Positions 12,001 through 22,401 of a DNA stretch of 64,000 nt are shown piece by piece. Source of the stretch: Phoronis australis (taxonomy: Eukaryota; Animalia; Phoronida); assembly GCA_002633005.1 (NCBI GenBank), contig NMRA01000172.1, positions 297,205 to 361,204 of the forward strand, in the 5' to 3' direction. Numbering within the stretch: the first letter of the stretch is position 1; each line of letters starts with the position of its first letter. The notes beneath the pieces are model-generated. The model did no database searches. It was given only the letters and a program-made list of their open reading frames with translations, and was not told the origin of the DNA. The position numbers were made by a program, and so were the translations under genes.

Positions 12001-14030
12001 TTCTCGCTAAGAATGTCCCTTTGAGTTACTAAAACTCAATTGCTTAAAAACACTTTTATTGATTCAAAAGCATCTTTGTCCCATGATTTAGTCATTAAGT
12101 TTTTGCTCTCAATACAAACTACTCGAGGTGTTTCAGTGTGTTGAACTAATTAGAATCAGAAAGCACATATCTACGAGAGGCCTGCAGTGTGTCCAGTTTC
12201 AAAACTTAGGTTTAGTGAAGTGTGTTGTTCCTTGCAGATAACCTGACATCTCTGTCGAAATATCACTTATTCAAATTTTGTTTATGCGAAATGTATCTTC
12301 GCATTCTCAAACACTTTGTGTTAATTGTATCTTTTCACGACGATTAAGAGTTTTGAGAAAATTTTTGAATAATTTTTTGGCAGGATGCTCCAGAATTTAT
12401 AATATTATTCACTTGATAATGCGAAAAGCTAACTGAGCTTTGTTGTAATAGAATACTGGATAATGGCAGCTGTCCTGTGTTTTAATTTGTTTTCTCTATT
12501 GTTTCAGTTGGATAGTTCATGGACGTGTGTTCATGTGAGGGCTGAACGTTGGTACCCAGTGGCTAATTACACCCGCGAGTATGAAGTTAGGGTTTATGAC
12601 TACTATCAAACATGTAAGTATAGGTTATCAGATGTACATTCAAACATGTAAGTATAGCTTGTCAGCTGTACATTCAAACATGTAAGTACAGGTTGTCAGC
12701 TGTACATTCAAACATGTAAGTACAGGTTGTCAGCTGTACATTCAAACATGTAAGTATAGCTTGTCAGCTGTACATTCAAACATGTAAGTATAGGTTGTCA
12801 GCTGTACATTCAAACATGTAAGTACAGGTTGTCAGCTGTACATTCTTGAAACTGTCCCATGTGACAAATTATCTGTAAAGTGTGCTACAGGCAAAAGTAT
12901 TCAGTCTAAAGCACTGTACAGTCAGTGAACTATTGCAGTAACATTTATATTCCTAGTTTTATTTCATTACTTTAAATGTAGACTGCATGGTGGGACGTGC
13001 ATGGTGGAATGTGCATGCATGCCAGTGCTGGAAAAATCAACAGCGCTTGGTTTAGATAAATGGCAGTGGGTCGCTAAAAATGAAGGCCATATTGGCATCA
13101 CAGAATGTTCTGCTTATAGTGCAATACTTGCAGCAACTCTTACAACTTGCTGGTTACATTTATTCTGCCGTTTATTGTTTATTAATAAATTACTTCTAAA
13201 TTTTTGACATACTCTCATCTGTCATTGTGTAGCCCAATGTGTTTGCTGAGAGACAAACGTAAACCTTCAAGCACGAAAATTTCAAAATTAGTTGTTCAAA
13301 CTTAAACTTGTGTCAGAACAACTTAAATGAACAGGTCTCATCAGATTTTGACCCTTTGTAATCCTGCCCCTTAAAGGTCATGTTGTTGGTGTGCTTGGTT
13401 GCACACTATCTGGACACCAACACGTGTTGTCTTGCTCACGCACGGAGGGCGGTAAACTTGTCACATGACAGATAATAGTTGAGCTATTATCCAAGTGGAG
13501 TGCTGCATGCTCATGGATTGTCTGCTTTGCAGTCAAGTCAACCTTTCACAGGCAGCTCATCGTGGCATGGCTTGGTGCTGGCTCTGAAACTCTTTTCCTC
13601 AGACACTTAACTTTGACAGAATCTGTTGGGACAATCTGCTTTACTAATGGATAATATTTTGTATGACTTGTGGGGATGCGTTGGAATATTGTAATTGTTA
13701 TTTCCATGGTTTTTTGTTAATATCGATTGAAAGTGGGACTTTTTGATCACTACAACAAAATTTATGCACAGATTCTACTTTTGTTTGATGAATATTTATT
13801 ATTTATTTCATTTTTCAGCCAATCACAACACGTCGATGTACTGGGCCGAAGGTCTCACGCGTCTTGACGTCTGCCAAGTGTGTGGCTCTTGGCAGTGTCC
13901 CTACTGTCCCTTCTACAATACAGCGACATCTGGTGCTGGATTCAGCATCGTTCTTCTGGTCACGTCTGTGTTAGTGAGTCTGTTTCATTACAACTGGATC
14001 ACCTTCAGAGCCGGCGTATCTGTTAGATAA
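1..14030 (+). CDS. Mcr: Paralog A: Mcr/CD109-like thioester-containing protein, 5'-partial (last 13 coding exons)
   Basis: Exons 1-58, 2698-2869, 3589-3777, 4684-4923, 5374-5510, 6311-6485, 8681-8913, 9936-10088, 10505-10567, 11148-11281, 11541-11715, 12508-12613, 13819-14030 join in frame with GT-AG introns. Motifs: GDVIGP, PYACGEQ, SVWLTAF, GGFSATADTIVALQALTEY, SGMSILEVELPSGY, CQVCGSWQCPYC, hydrophobic tail. Internal exon lengths match paralog B, except that B exon 25 is split in two here. Confidence 0.93.
250..1920. mobile_element. Degenerate array of related units, probably a Helentron/HINE-like non-autonomous element
   Basis: Recurring motifs cctcctagtggc, aaatttggcaaatag.ttctatt and ttttcaga.g.atcc; tgtccgtctgccgccgcc-type simple repeat near the start; second copy at ~14830-15480. 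Class is inferred; ends are approximate. Confidence 0.5.
2698..2869 (+). CDS. Paralog A exon (CUB N-half, ANGVTNYYHTPFLLDL...VSAV)
   Basis: 172 nt, same as B 46505-46676; aag| ... |gtgagt. Missed by the ORF track. Confidence 0.92.
3589..3777 (+). CDS. Paralog A thioester exon (GDVIGP...PYACGEQSM)
   Basis: CGEQ codons at 3660-3671; 189 nt as in B. Confidence 0.95.
4684..4923 (+). CDS. Paralog A TED exon (LQENDAYY...SVWLTAF...GSFK)
   Basis: cag| ... |gttgag; TED motif SVWLTAF. Confidence 0.9.
5374..5510 (+). CDS. Paralog A TED exon (ELAQVYDRNM...LTAYVLISL)
   Basis: tag| ... |gtaagt; TED motif LTAYVLI. Confidence 0.9.
6311..6485 (+). CDS. Paralog A TED exon (DARAK...DPYTMAIVCYAL)
   Basis: 175 nt as in B; TED motif DPY..A...YAL. 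Confidence 0.92.
8681..8913 (+). CDS. Paralog A TED exon (EYDYWS...SYALM...WLQTMRNTVGGFSATA)
   Basis: 233 nt as in B. Confidence 0.93.
9936..10088 (+). CDS. Paralog A exon (DTIVALQALTEYA, TED end / CUB)
   Basis: 153 nt as in B; TEP motif DT.VALQAL.EY. Confidence 0.93.
10505..10567 (+). CDS. Paralog A exon (LPVQFGSVKISAQGSGLALVQ)
   Basis: 63 nt; peptide identical to B exon 29. Confidence 0.92.
11148..11281 (+). CDS. Paralog A exon (LETQVNVEYPFLLRQPP...ACA)
   Basis: 134 nt as in B 52066-52199; missed by the ORF track. Confidence 0.9.
11541..11715 (+). CDS. Paralog A exon, MG8/receptor-binding domain (SGMSILEVELPSGY)
   Basis: A2M receptor-binding-domain motif; 175 nt as in B. Confidence 0.93.
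12508..12613 (+). CDS. Paralog A exon (LDSSWTCVHVRAERWYPVANYT...YDYYQT)
   Basis: 106 nt as in B; TEP motif VRVYDYY. Confidence 0.92.
12607..12844 (+). repeat. 34-bp minisatellite x7 that includes the exon end and the 5' splice site
   Basis: Unit caaacatgtaagta(t/c)ag(g/c)ttgtcagctgtacatt starting at 12607, 12641, 12675, 12709, 12743, 12777, 12811. Confidence 0.95.
13819..14030 (+). CDS. Paralog A last coding exon (Cys-rich motif, hydrophobic anchor, stop TAA)
   Basis: LDVCQVCGSWQCPYCPFYN followed by FSIVLLVTSVLVSLF. Confidence 0.93.
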
Positions 14031-14829
14031 TAAATGCACAGAGTTAGCTGTACATCTGAATTGCGAATCTTTCAAACAGCTGCATATTTGTTATGACAGA
14101 GGTATTCAGCTAATCTGAATTTAAACAAATACAATTGATTTTTAGTAATTTGCAGTTTAATACATGCAATACTAGAAGGCTTTAACCAAACACAATCTAA
14201 TTTGAATTTAAACTAAAGGATATATTCTTGTAAAACTCAGGTGTCTGGTCGATGTATGATATCATGATTCACTGAAAAGTTGTCGTCTTGCAAGCAGACA
14301 CTGTTATGGTGGTGTGGTTGATCAGATATTGATTTGGTGCTGTTGATCTTTAACAGAGTGCTGTGTCTCAGCCAGTTTCTGTCAACAACAATGGCTGGAT
14401 GTTGATTTGTGTACATCTAAAATTATTTGCACAATTGTACAGATACATGATCCTGCATTTTATGCGCCCACAAGTATACATGTGTGTGCATTATGCTGTT
14501 ATCCCCATCGTTCCGGCATCCGTCTGACCAGCCTCTGGTGCTGCTTCTCCAAAATCCCAGGATGCAATGTGCTGACTGTATTCTCATCCTTATTTTGAAG
14601 GTCATGTGACTTGACTCGCCTGATAGTTGTCGTTACTTTACATCATAGATAATGCCTCACCACGACATGCGTGTGAAGGAAATTATCATAGTTTAAAAAA
14701 GGCTGTAACAAATAGACAAAGTATTGTTTCTTTGTTGTTCAGTTATTAATCTGTACATATTGCATTATTCTAAGTATCCAACTAGAAATATAATTTGTAG
14801 GCAAGTGCTGAGTCTTTGAGACAAGCTTT

Positions 14830-15480
14830 GATTTATTTAGCACCAGCCCAGTATACACTGTATTTGTTGGGAGGGACAAGACTTCGTTGCTAAGTCTTTT
14901 CACGTCATGTTATTGCCAAACACGAGCTGGAATAAATTGGAACGATCTAGGTAGTAGTTTAATCGTGGATCGCACTGGCAAATTTTCGGATGGATTCGAC
15001 TGTTAATGTTCCCCTAGAGGCAACTTGTTTTTTACGTTTGCATTTTTTATCTTTGGAATTCAAGAAAGATTTTCATGAAATTTTGGCAAATAGGTATCTG
15101 TTAAGGAGGCAATGACATCTTCTTGTTTTCAGATGGATCAGACCTATTGTATGCCACCTAGTGGCTATTTTTAGTATTTTTGAGTGGGTTTTGGCATCTG
15201 CCTCTATCAGCCAAACCACTCCAATATTCGTTGCACCCCCTAGTGGTCTTTTGATTGTTTTTTTGTCTGTTGGTTGAGGTCCGCTTCCCCATTCTCCAAG
15301 TTGCGAAGAATCATGACTTGCTGACTTGTTATGCGCCCCTAGTGGCTATTTTAAGTGTACTTTGCTACTAGCGTTGCTCTCTTTTCTGGGAATGTTTAAA
15401 AATCATAATTGTCTCTTGTACCTGCGCTGTTTTGGTGCACATGGTGGGCACATATCAATGCCCAACATTTCTCTTGTTTA
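14830..15480. mobile_element. Second, shorter copy of the cctagtgg-unit element, in the probable 3' UTR of paralog A
   Basis: Shares ttttcatgaaattttggcaaatagg, ttttcagatggatc and gccacctagtggc with 250-1920; ends approximate. Confidence 0.5.
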
Positions 15481-16650
15481 TTGATAACTGACCTAAGTTT
15501 GCTGGTTTGATTGGACCAATGTGTGCAAAGTTTTGTTTAACTGTACATGACATTGTAATTCCTATAATCTTTTTAGTGTTGTCAGAATGATTGTTAAAGC
15601 TCAAATTGCAACATAATCTACCTTAAGTACGTCGTTTTCGTCTGCTGGAAATAAAAAATCGCAGGAGTGTGAAACACCAATGAATAGTGAACAACATGTG
15701 AACAATGTGATGAGACGTAATACGACTGCTGGAAATGAAGTATTATGGGTATTTATTTTTGATTAAGTGACGTCATTTGTATTCATGATGAGGCCGTTAG
15801 TCTTCAATGACTGATGTGGAAGATATTAATGATGAAGTTGTGATAATGGTACAACACAGTGATCAAGCTTTTATTGCAGTTGTTATTATTGTATACAAAT
15901 CCATTTTGAAAAACCAAAATAGTGTGTTACCTCCTACGAGTGCTAGTCTTAGAATTTGTTTATTAATTACTTGTATAATTTTGCCATGTGAAGTCAAGTT
16001 TAAACTGCATGCAATTAAGAGATTCCATATTTATACTCAAATAATTAACACAAACTGAAGTAGTCTTTAGACATTCACAGATAGTGCTAAGTTTGTTCAT
16101 GGTACACCACCCGATAGAAATGACGTGTATGTGGTATGTTTATACTATGATAATCATTGTTTTTCAAGATTAAGTGACACTTTGATTAGATGAAAGGCTT
16201 AAAAAGATGCCTATCATTTTTTTGGGAAATGACATTGTGTATAGGTGTGTGTGTAAATTGTATGAGATTTTGAACGATTGATGGCTTGTACATATTTTTA
16301 TATTGGTGTTGGGAGTAAAGATGTTTTAGTTAAAGACATTGAGTCCTGCTTTCTGTAAAAAACCGTGTTTTGATTTTGGCCCCTTACTGTTATAAAATTG
16401 GTTTTGCCTTGTTCGATACTCTGTTTAGAGGTGACCTTTGAGGCCGGAAATCACACCTGTTTTGACTTTGAACTGTGGGCTGAGCCATCCAGGTAAATTG
16501 TGGTATGCTTATTGGCCAAGCTATTGTACATTTATACATAAACTTGAAACGATTCCAGGCTTTATATAAGACTTTCTGCTGTGACATTCCATTTACCTAA
16601 CAATTTTGTCTTCATGAATGACCAACATTCCATATTGTAAATGCTGTATA

Positions 16651-16656
16651 AATAAA
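16651..16656 (+). terminator. Candidate polyadenylation signal of paralog A
   Basis: AATAAA followed by GT/T-rich sequence; alternatives at ~14029, 14931, ~15649. Confidence 0.3.
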
Positions 16657-17173
16657 AGATTTGATACAGTGTCTGGTGTTGATTTTCATTCTTGTAGGTT
16701 TAGGAATTGTCTCCAGTCAAAAACTGACAGGCATCCGCATTTTCCGTGCTCACTTGTATGTAGCGCTGCGTGTAAGAAAAAAGTGTGGTCCGTGAGAAAA
16801 GAATTGTGGTACATCAGAAAAAGGAAAAGAAAATTATACAGCTCACGAGAGAATTGTGTTCAGGAAAAAAAATGCTGTTAGTGATAACGCCCGTGAGTTG
16901 AGGGGAACGGAATGGTTGTCAACCTGTTAGTAAAAATACTTGTAAATTTTACAAACTAGCTTTTATCGTCTATTAAATGGGTTTGACGATTTCCTATCCA
17001 ACAGCAAAAGTCTTAGTACCTAGATTTCACTATACCCACAAATGACTCCTCCCTGATTTAGTTATCGGTTTTGAATCAGTTGAATCGTGCAGTTATAGGA
17101 ATTATGCTCAATAGGAGTGATTTGTGTGTTGACGATTTTTTTTAAAACACCAATGTTTTTCATGTGCTATGAC

Positions 17174-17329
17174 CAGTGCTGTAGTGGAGCGTAAGCGCAC
17201 GTTGGCGCAGCCAACAACCTTTTGGTATTTGAACGTAGAGCCTACGCACCGTAAGTTAGGTTCAGTGCTCAAGGTGATACGATGGGCTTTGGGCGCCTAC
17301 TTACCTCTAATTTTACCACTACAGCACTG
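17174..17329. mobile_element. hAT-type MITE
   Basis: TIR cagtgctgtagtgg...ccactacagcactg; 8-bp TSD gctatgac at 17166-17173 and 17330-17337. Confidence 0.85.
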
Positions 17330-17619
17330 GCTATGACAGTAGTATTCTTAGAAAACTCCTACGTCGTGCTTTTATGGGTGTTTATTTTATGCTTACCTCA
17401 GCACTTAACGAAAACAATGGTCACCTTTCTGGTTACTGCATACCCAAGTTTGCACACTTGGTCGCGTGCCATAATTGCAAGACACTCTCGAAACGCTGGC
17501 TCGTGGCGAGAAATCTTCACACATGGCATAGAAATTGTTCAGTAAATTCTATGCCCTAATTCCCCCTCTGGCCATTCACTTCAGTGGCCGCGCCATTTTG
17601 CTGGTGTACGCTGCTAAGG

Positions 17620-17705
17620 CTCCGAGCATACTCTCGAAACACCTTTCACACACTTGATTTTGCGTGGTCTTATGTGACCTCGCCAAACTCGCGAGAAACT
17701 TACTT
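17620..17705. repeat. Dispersed repeat fragment, inverted copy at ~38410-38475
   Basis: Reverse complement (gagtttggcgaggtcacataagaccacgcaaaatcaag...gtgtttcgagagt) matches cagtttggcgaggtcacgcaagaacacataaaaccacg...gtgtttcgcgagt. Confidence 0.55.
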
Positions 17706-18150
17706 TACGGAATGCAGCCCTGTTGACGAGTAATTGCGACACCATCCTAACATACCACGCATTCTCCGTTTTTTTTTGTTCGACGAGTTACTTTGAAATG
17801 GTACATCAATCAAACGCGTGTGAAGATGATATATGAGGTTAGGCTACATATAGTTGCAATCCAGCAAAGGTTGTTGGTGAATGTAAGTCCAGAAATCGCA
17901 CATATTTTGACAAAGGAACAATTTGAGACCAATCCCATAAGGGTGTGTGCGGGCCTAAATCAAAATTTGTTTTTTTGACAGAGCATGAGATTAATGCCAC
18001 AATAAAGATTTCCGGCATCTTTTATAATCATTCTATCAGTGGTGCACATTTACATTTGTTTGTCTCAGAACTGATAGCTTAAAGCTGGGTAAAATGCCCC
18101 TCGGCCATGGTAAGTACCTATACACAACTTTGTACTATGATGACTGTTCG

Positions 18151-18311
18151 CAGTGGCAGATTTAGAGGGGGGGGCAAGGGGGCCATGCCCCCTCCTAAAA
18201 TTCTCCAAGATTCCATTGGGCAGTTCGGGAGTGCCAATGTCTGACAGGCAAAATCCTGGCTAATACTCTGCTCTGCCCCCCCCCTAACTCAAAATCCTGG
18301 ATCCGCCCATG
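18151..18311. mobile_element. GC-rich MITE with 5-bp TSD (hAT5-like)
   Basis: cagtggcagattta...ggatccgcccatg, flanked by gttcg / gttcg. Confidence 0.75.
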
Positions 18312-21300
18312 GTTCGTGCATGTATACGCAAGCAGGAAGTGTTTTTGTAAACCTGCCGAGGTTTATGATCGGGAACAGAATGTGGATGCTGTTGAAGTTA
18401 CTTAGGATACCGCAAGCGCAATATCGTAGAGGAATTTGAACAAGCGGAGGTGCGCATTAGCTGAAGAGGCACGTCATGCTGTGGTTACAGCGAAACAGCA
18501 GCTGACACTCCAAGTTATGACCGAACTCTGAGTTGATGTGGGGATCCTGGCTGGCATCCGAGACGATTAAGTCTTGATTCTAGGATCTAAATTATTAATG
18601 AGACGCTTGGCAGCACTTGGAGAAACAATATATCCCAACATATCCCGGTGTTAGGTATTTTTATTACCAGTTCACATCTGATGACTCCAGCATTGAAGCA
18701 AAAAGTAGTCACGGTAGTAGAAATCTCGAGTTTGACTTAAAGTTTGTAGCTCGAACCTGCTAAGATGGAACGGAAAATGTCAAAAACATTTTCGATTTCA
18801 GAAGTATGACTAGACCCCGGTCAGGAAGTCTTTTCATCTATTAAGGCCAGGTTTTATAAAGGTTAGTCGCTCAAACCAAGTTAGTTTTTTACAAGATATG
18901 GATCCTTATCATCAGCTTACTGTAAATAGTTTTGCCCGTTGGATTTAAAGCTCATTGCAAATAGCCCATGCCGAAAAAGCTTCAGCTGACCAACTTATAA
19001 ATCGATGCCTGTTCGGTAGAGCTTCTGTTATGTAAAATTGCATCAAAGAAAATAAAAAATAGCACACTTTTTACAGTATTCTACAAACACATTATGAAAT
19101 CCCGAACATTTTTCTGCAATTTAGCAAGTCCCCGAAATTACTTTTGTTTGAATTTATACGATGTGAACTGTATGACGTCCATACTGTGGTGTCTATTCCA
19201 CCGATTATTAAACGTAAAGAACATGCAACAGCATGCCTCCCTATAACGTTTTCTGTCCGTTTTCTAAAGCAACTGCTAATGTCTCAATACACTTAAAACG
19301 TTTTTCTGCAATTGTGCGCCAGGATTGAGCGGTTAACCACTTCAGGTTCTAGATTATTGGCTATGAAAACTTACGTCTTCACTGTGTGACTAACATGAAA
19401 AGCGATTGGCTCCGTCGCCAAAAAGTACTATTCAGTGACCAATTAAAAAGAAATCCGAAGAAAATTTTGGTTTTTATATTATCGTGCAACCTCAGTGTCG
19501 TCCACTTCTAGGAAAAAAGTGTCACTTTCAGAGATAGAAAGTGACCATTTTTATAAGAAATCAAATTGCCACTTCCTATCTTCGGACCAGAAATAGCTAT
19601 CTCTGGGTCAGAGAGTAAAATTGAAACGCATTTTTTATGTCCACTTTCGATACCGTACGGAAACAGTGCTGTCGAAACATCCCGGCGATTGCAGCATCAA
19701 CACTTACGTTACTGAAACAAATAGTGTGAGGTACGACAGCTCAAGTGAAAGAAAAGCCACAAAAAATCCATTTTCCCACAGCAGAATTGCTCAGTAAACC
19801 GATCTTCTACCGTTATTAAATTTAGCAACGACTTTTCAACTCTTCAACAAATAAATCAACCATTTGAATGCGTCACAACCATTACGTATCCGTATGAATG
19901 TGTGGCTGGGTATATTTTACGACCGGGTACAGTTCGGTCATCTAATAATTTGCTGTTTAGTATAGATTACCTTGCTGCACCGCCGGTAGTTTTATTGATT
20001 TGTCTGTATACGCTGGCTACTTTTCGCCATATGGAATAGCACCTGGGTTTCTACCTGAAAGGTGTCGATCGCTTTTCAGATAGAGAATACGACAGTATTC
20101 AGTGACCTTGTGATTTAACGCTACCTAACAGGTCTATTGTCAACTACGGATTCAGAAAATACCTCGCTCCCGCATGTAACGACGATTACTTCAGACAATG
20201 GTCAGGCAAACTATACGTATAGAAAGAAAGGCGCGTACAGTTAAATGTAGGTCAACCTAAAACCTCAAAGAAGAGCTTGTCTTGAGCTGCGTATGACATC
20301 CGTCTGTCTGTGTTGGAGACGTAAAAGGGACTGGACTACGTAATTTCATGGAATATTTCAACTTATGAAGGTTAGTGTCTTTTGAGAGAACTATGGTAAA
20401 ACGATGTACCTTGCAAATAGGTCAAATCTGCGCCAACGGTTGTCGTCGGTTATGATCGCCAGTGACACACCGCTGTAAACGAAGAAGCAATAAAATATTT
20501 CCATGTCAACATATAACCTAAAGTTACAAGAGCGTTTTCTTCATTTAGCTGTGTCTTATGATACTGGAACATTGAGGTGACTTTAGTTTCTTTTTACCCA
20601 TACGACAGTGTTATAGTGATGAAGTTCGACATGAGATGCCCGGCTTGTAACCGGCCAACTTCATTACCTTACTGGGAACAGGTTATAGTTTGAACTGACA
20701 TGGTTAATTTTAAGGGTGTAAAATCGTTACTTTTTAAATTGCGTCTCCGAAAACAGTTTAGGAATGAGGATGATTATCACCGCATCATTTTGTATTTAAT
20801 AAAAGAGTTGATTGATGTTTATTACCTGGTATCATTTGGTATTTGATAAAAACAATGATTGATGTTTCTATCGGCTATGAATCTCACGCATTTTAATCAG
20901 TATAGAGAAGCTTACCTACATTATTTACCATAATCTTCAGCAACCGAAAAATCTCAGCGCAAACTTGTACCTGTATAGTGCTGTCCCGGCCAGGAAAAAC
21001 TTGATCACGCTCAATTACCTATCGCTATATATTTGATTAATATCTTGTCAGTACACTTTCCATTTACCCTGTGATGTAGAATTGGATCAAAGCGTTTTAA
21101 TTATTAACTGCGAAAGAACCATTATCATAAACTCATATCATGTTGATGTTTTACTCGTCTACATTTGCAGAGGTCGTTGATCTGATTCGCTGCTTCCTCA
21201 ATTTTCTATGCTTCGCAGTCAGCCATTGTACACGCCATATTTACTGCTTTTTCAATGATGTCATAGCTATTGATACCACCCTCCGGTAAACACAGTTATT

Positions 21301-22199
21301 GACCGCAAGTTCACTAATGATTAATAACTACGATAATACTTTACTTATTTCGCTCGAAACAATTGCCAAAACTGAGGTTTTTGGGTCTGTTTACCATCTT
21401 GCTAGTTAATGAAATTTTGACTAATGCTTTATGACAATTTCTCATTATGCTAGCAACCAACAGGAGAGTACTTTTTAATATTTATTTTTGAAAAATTTAA
21501 CATTCTTTTCTTTTCCCGCCATTCCCTGCGCTTCATATGTGAAGAATTGTCGTCCACACTTCAGACACCAGACAATAAACGTAACAACGGCGCTTGAAGC
21601 ACTATTGTTCTGACCTAGGTACTACAGACTTTTTCGTAATACCGTCATCATACAATCAGGTCAACGTTTGACTACCTGAGTCATTCAAACAAATCAACAG
21701 CAGATTATTGTAATATGACACGCACGGCGGGCATGCTTGTCTGGCGGAGTAACAGAGGTTTTCAAATTTAGCTTTCAGCACTCTACGCAATTTAGTGCGC
21801 ATTTGATTTATTGAGAGCTATGAATTCAATACTGGATTAAAATTTCTTGGACCCCCTAAGTTATATGCGGTCTATGAATGCTAGTACATGTACACTGAGC
21901 GGCCCCCGGTCACCCCTAATTTGGAGGTCCTTTCTTTGTTCGCCACTAAGTTTCACACTCCACCACCCACTCGACATAGTTTCTCGCCCCCAGTACAAAC
22001 TTCGAGCCCCAACCCTTTGCTTCAGTGAGATCCTTATTTAGTACCAAGACCTAAGGTGTCACCATAATTAGCTGGAAATGTCAGCAAGCTCTGAACGAGT
22101 ATTGGGTTTTGTTCGTAAGCATTTCGAAGCTTTATAAAGACTTCCAAAAAATTCGGGAAATCAGAAACGGGCGATCGAATTCTTGTCGTTGTGGACCTT

Positions 22200-22401
22200 T
22201 TGGTAACAAAAAGGCGGGCGGACTAAAAAACAAACAAACGGGGGCACCATTGTGAATCGCGCGTTTGTGCTTGTTTAGGGGAGTTTTGTCTCATTTTCTC
22301 GGACATTTTTGTTTCTCGGAGGCGGACCTTTTTGCCCACTTCGTCAAATGGGGGGGGGGCTCGTTCGAGCCTCCCGAGCCCCCTCCCTGGGTGCGCGCAT
22401 G
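22200..22401 (-). mobile_element. Inverted relative of the MITE at 45581-45844; left end not resolved
   Basis: Reverse complement catgcgcgcaccc...gctcgaacgagccccc...atttgacgaagtgggcaaaaaggtccgc matches 45581 onward. Confidence 0.7.

Noticed and set aside
12607-12844. CRISPR-like appearance of the 34-bp repeats (also 41162-41367 and 25621-25767)
   Set aside because: Units are head-to-tail with no unique spacers, in spliceosomal-intron-rich animal DNA with no cas genes.
18320-18830. Coding-like composition in intergenic DNA
   Set aside because: Frequent stops and no motif I could recognise; a translated search would be needed.
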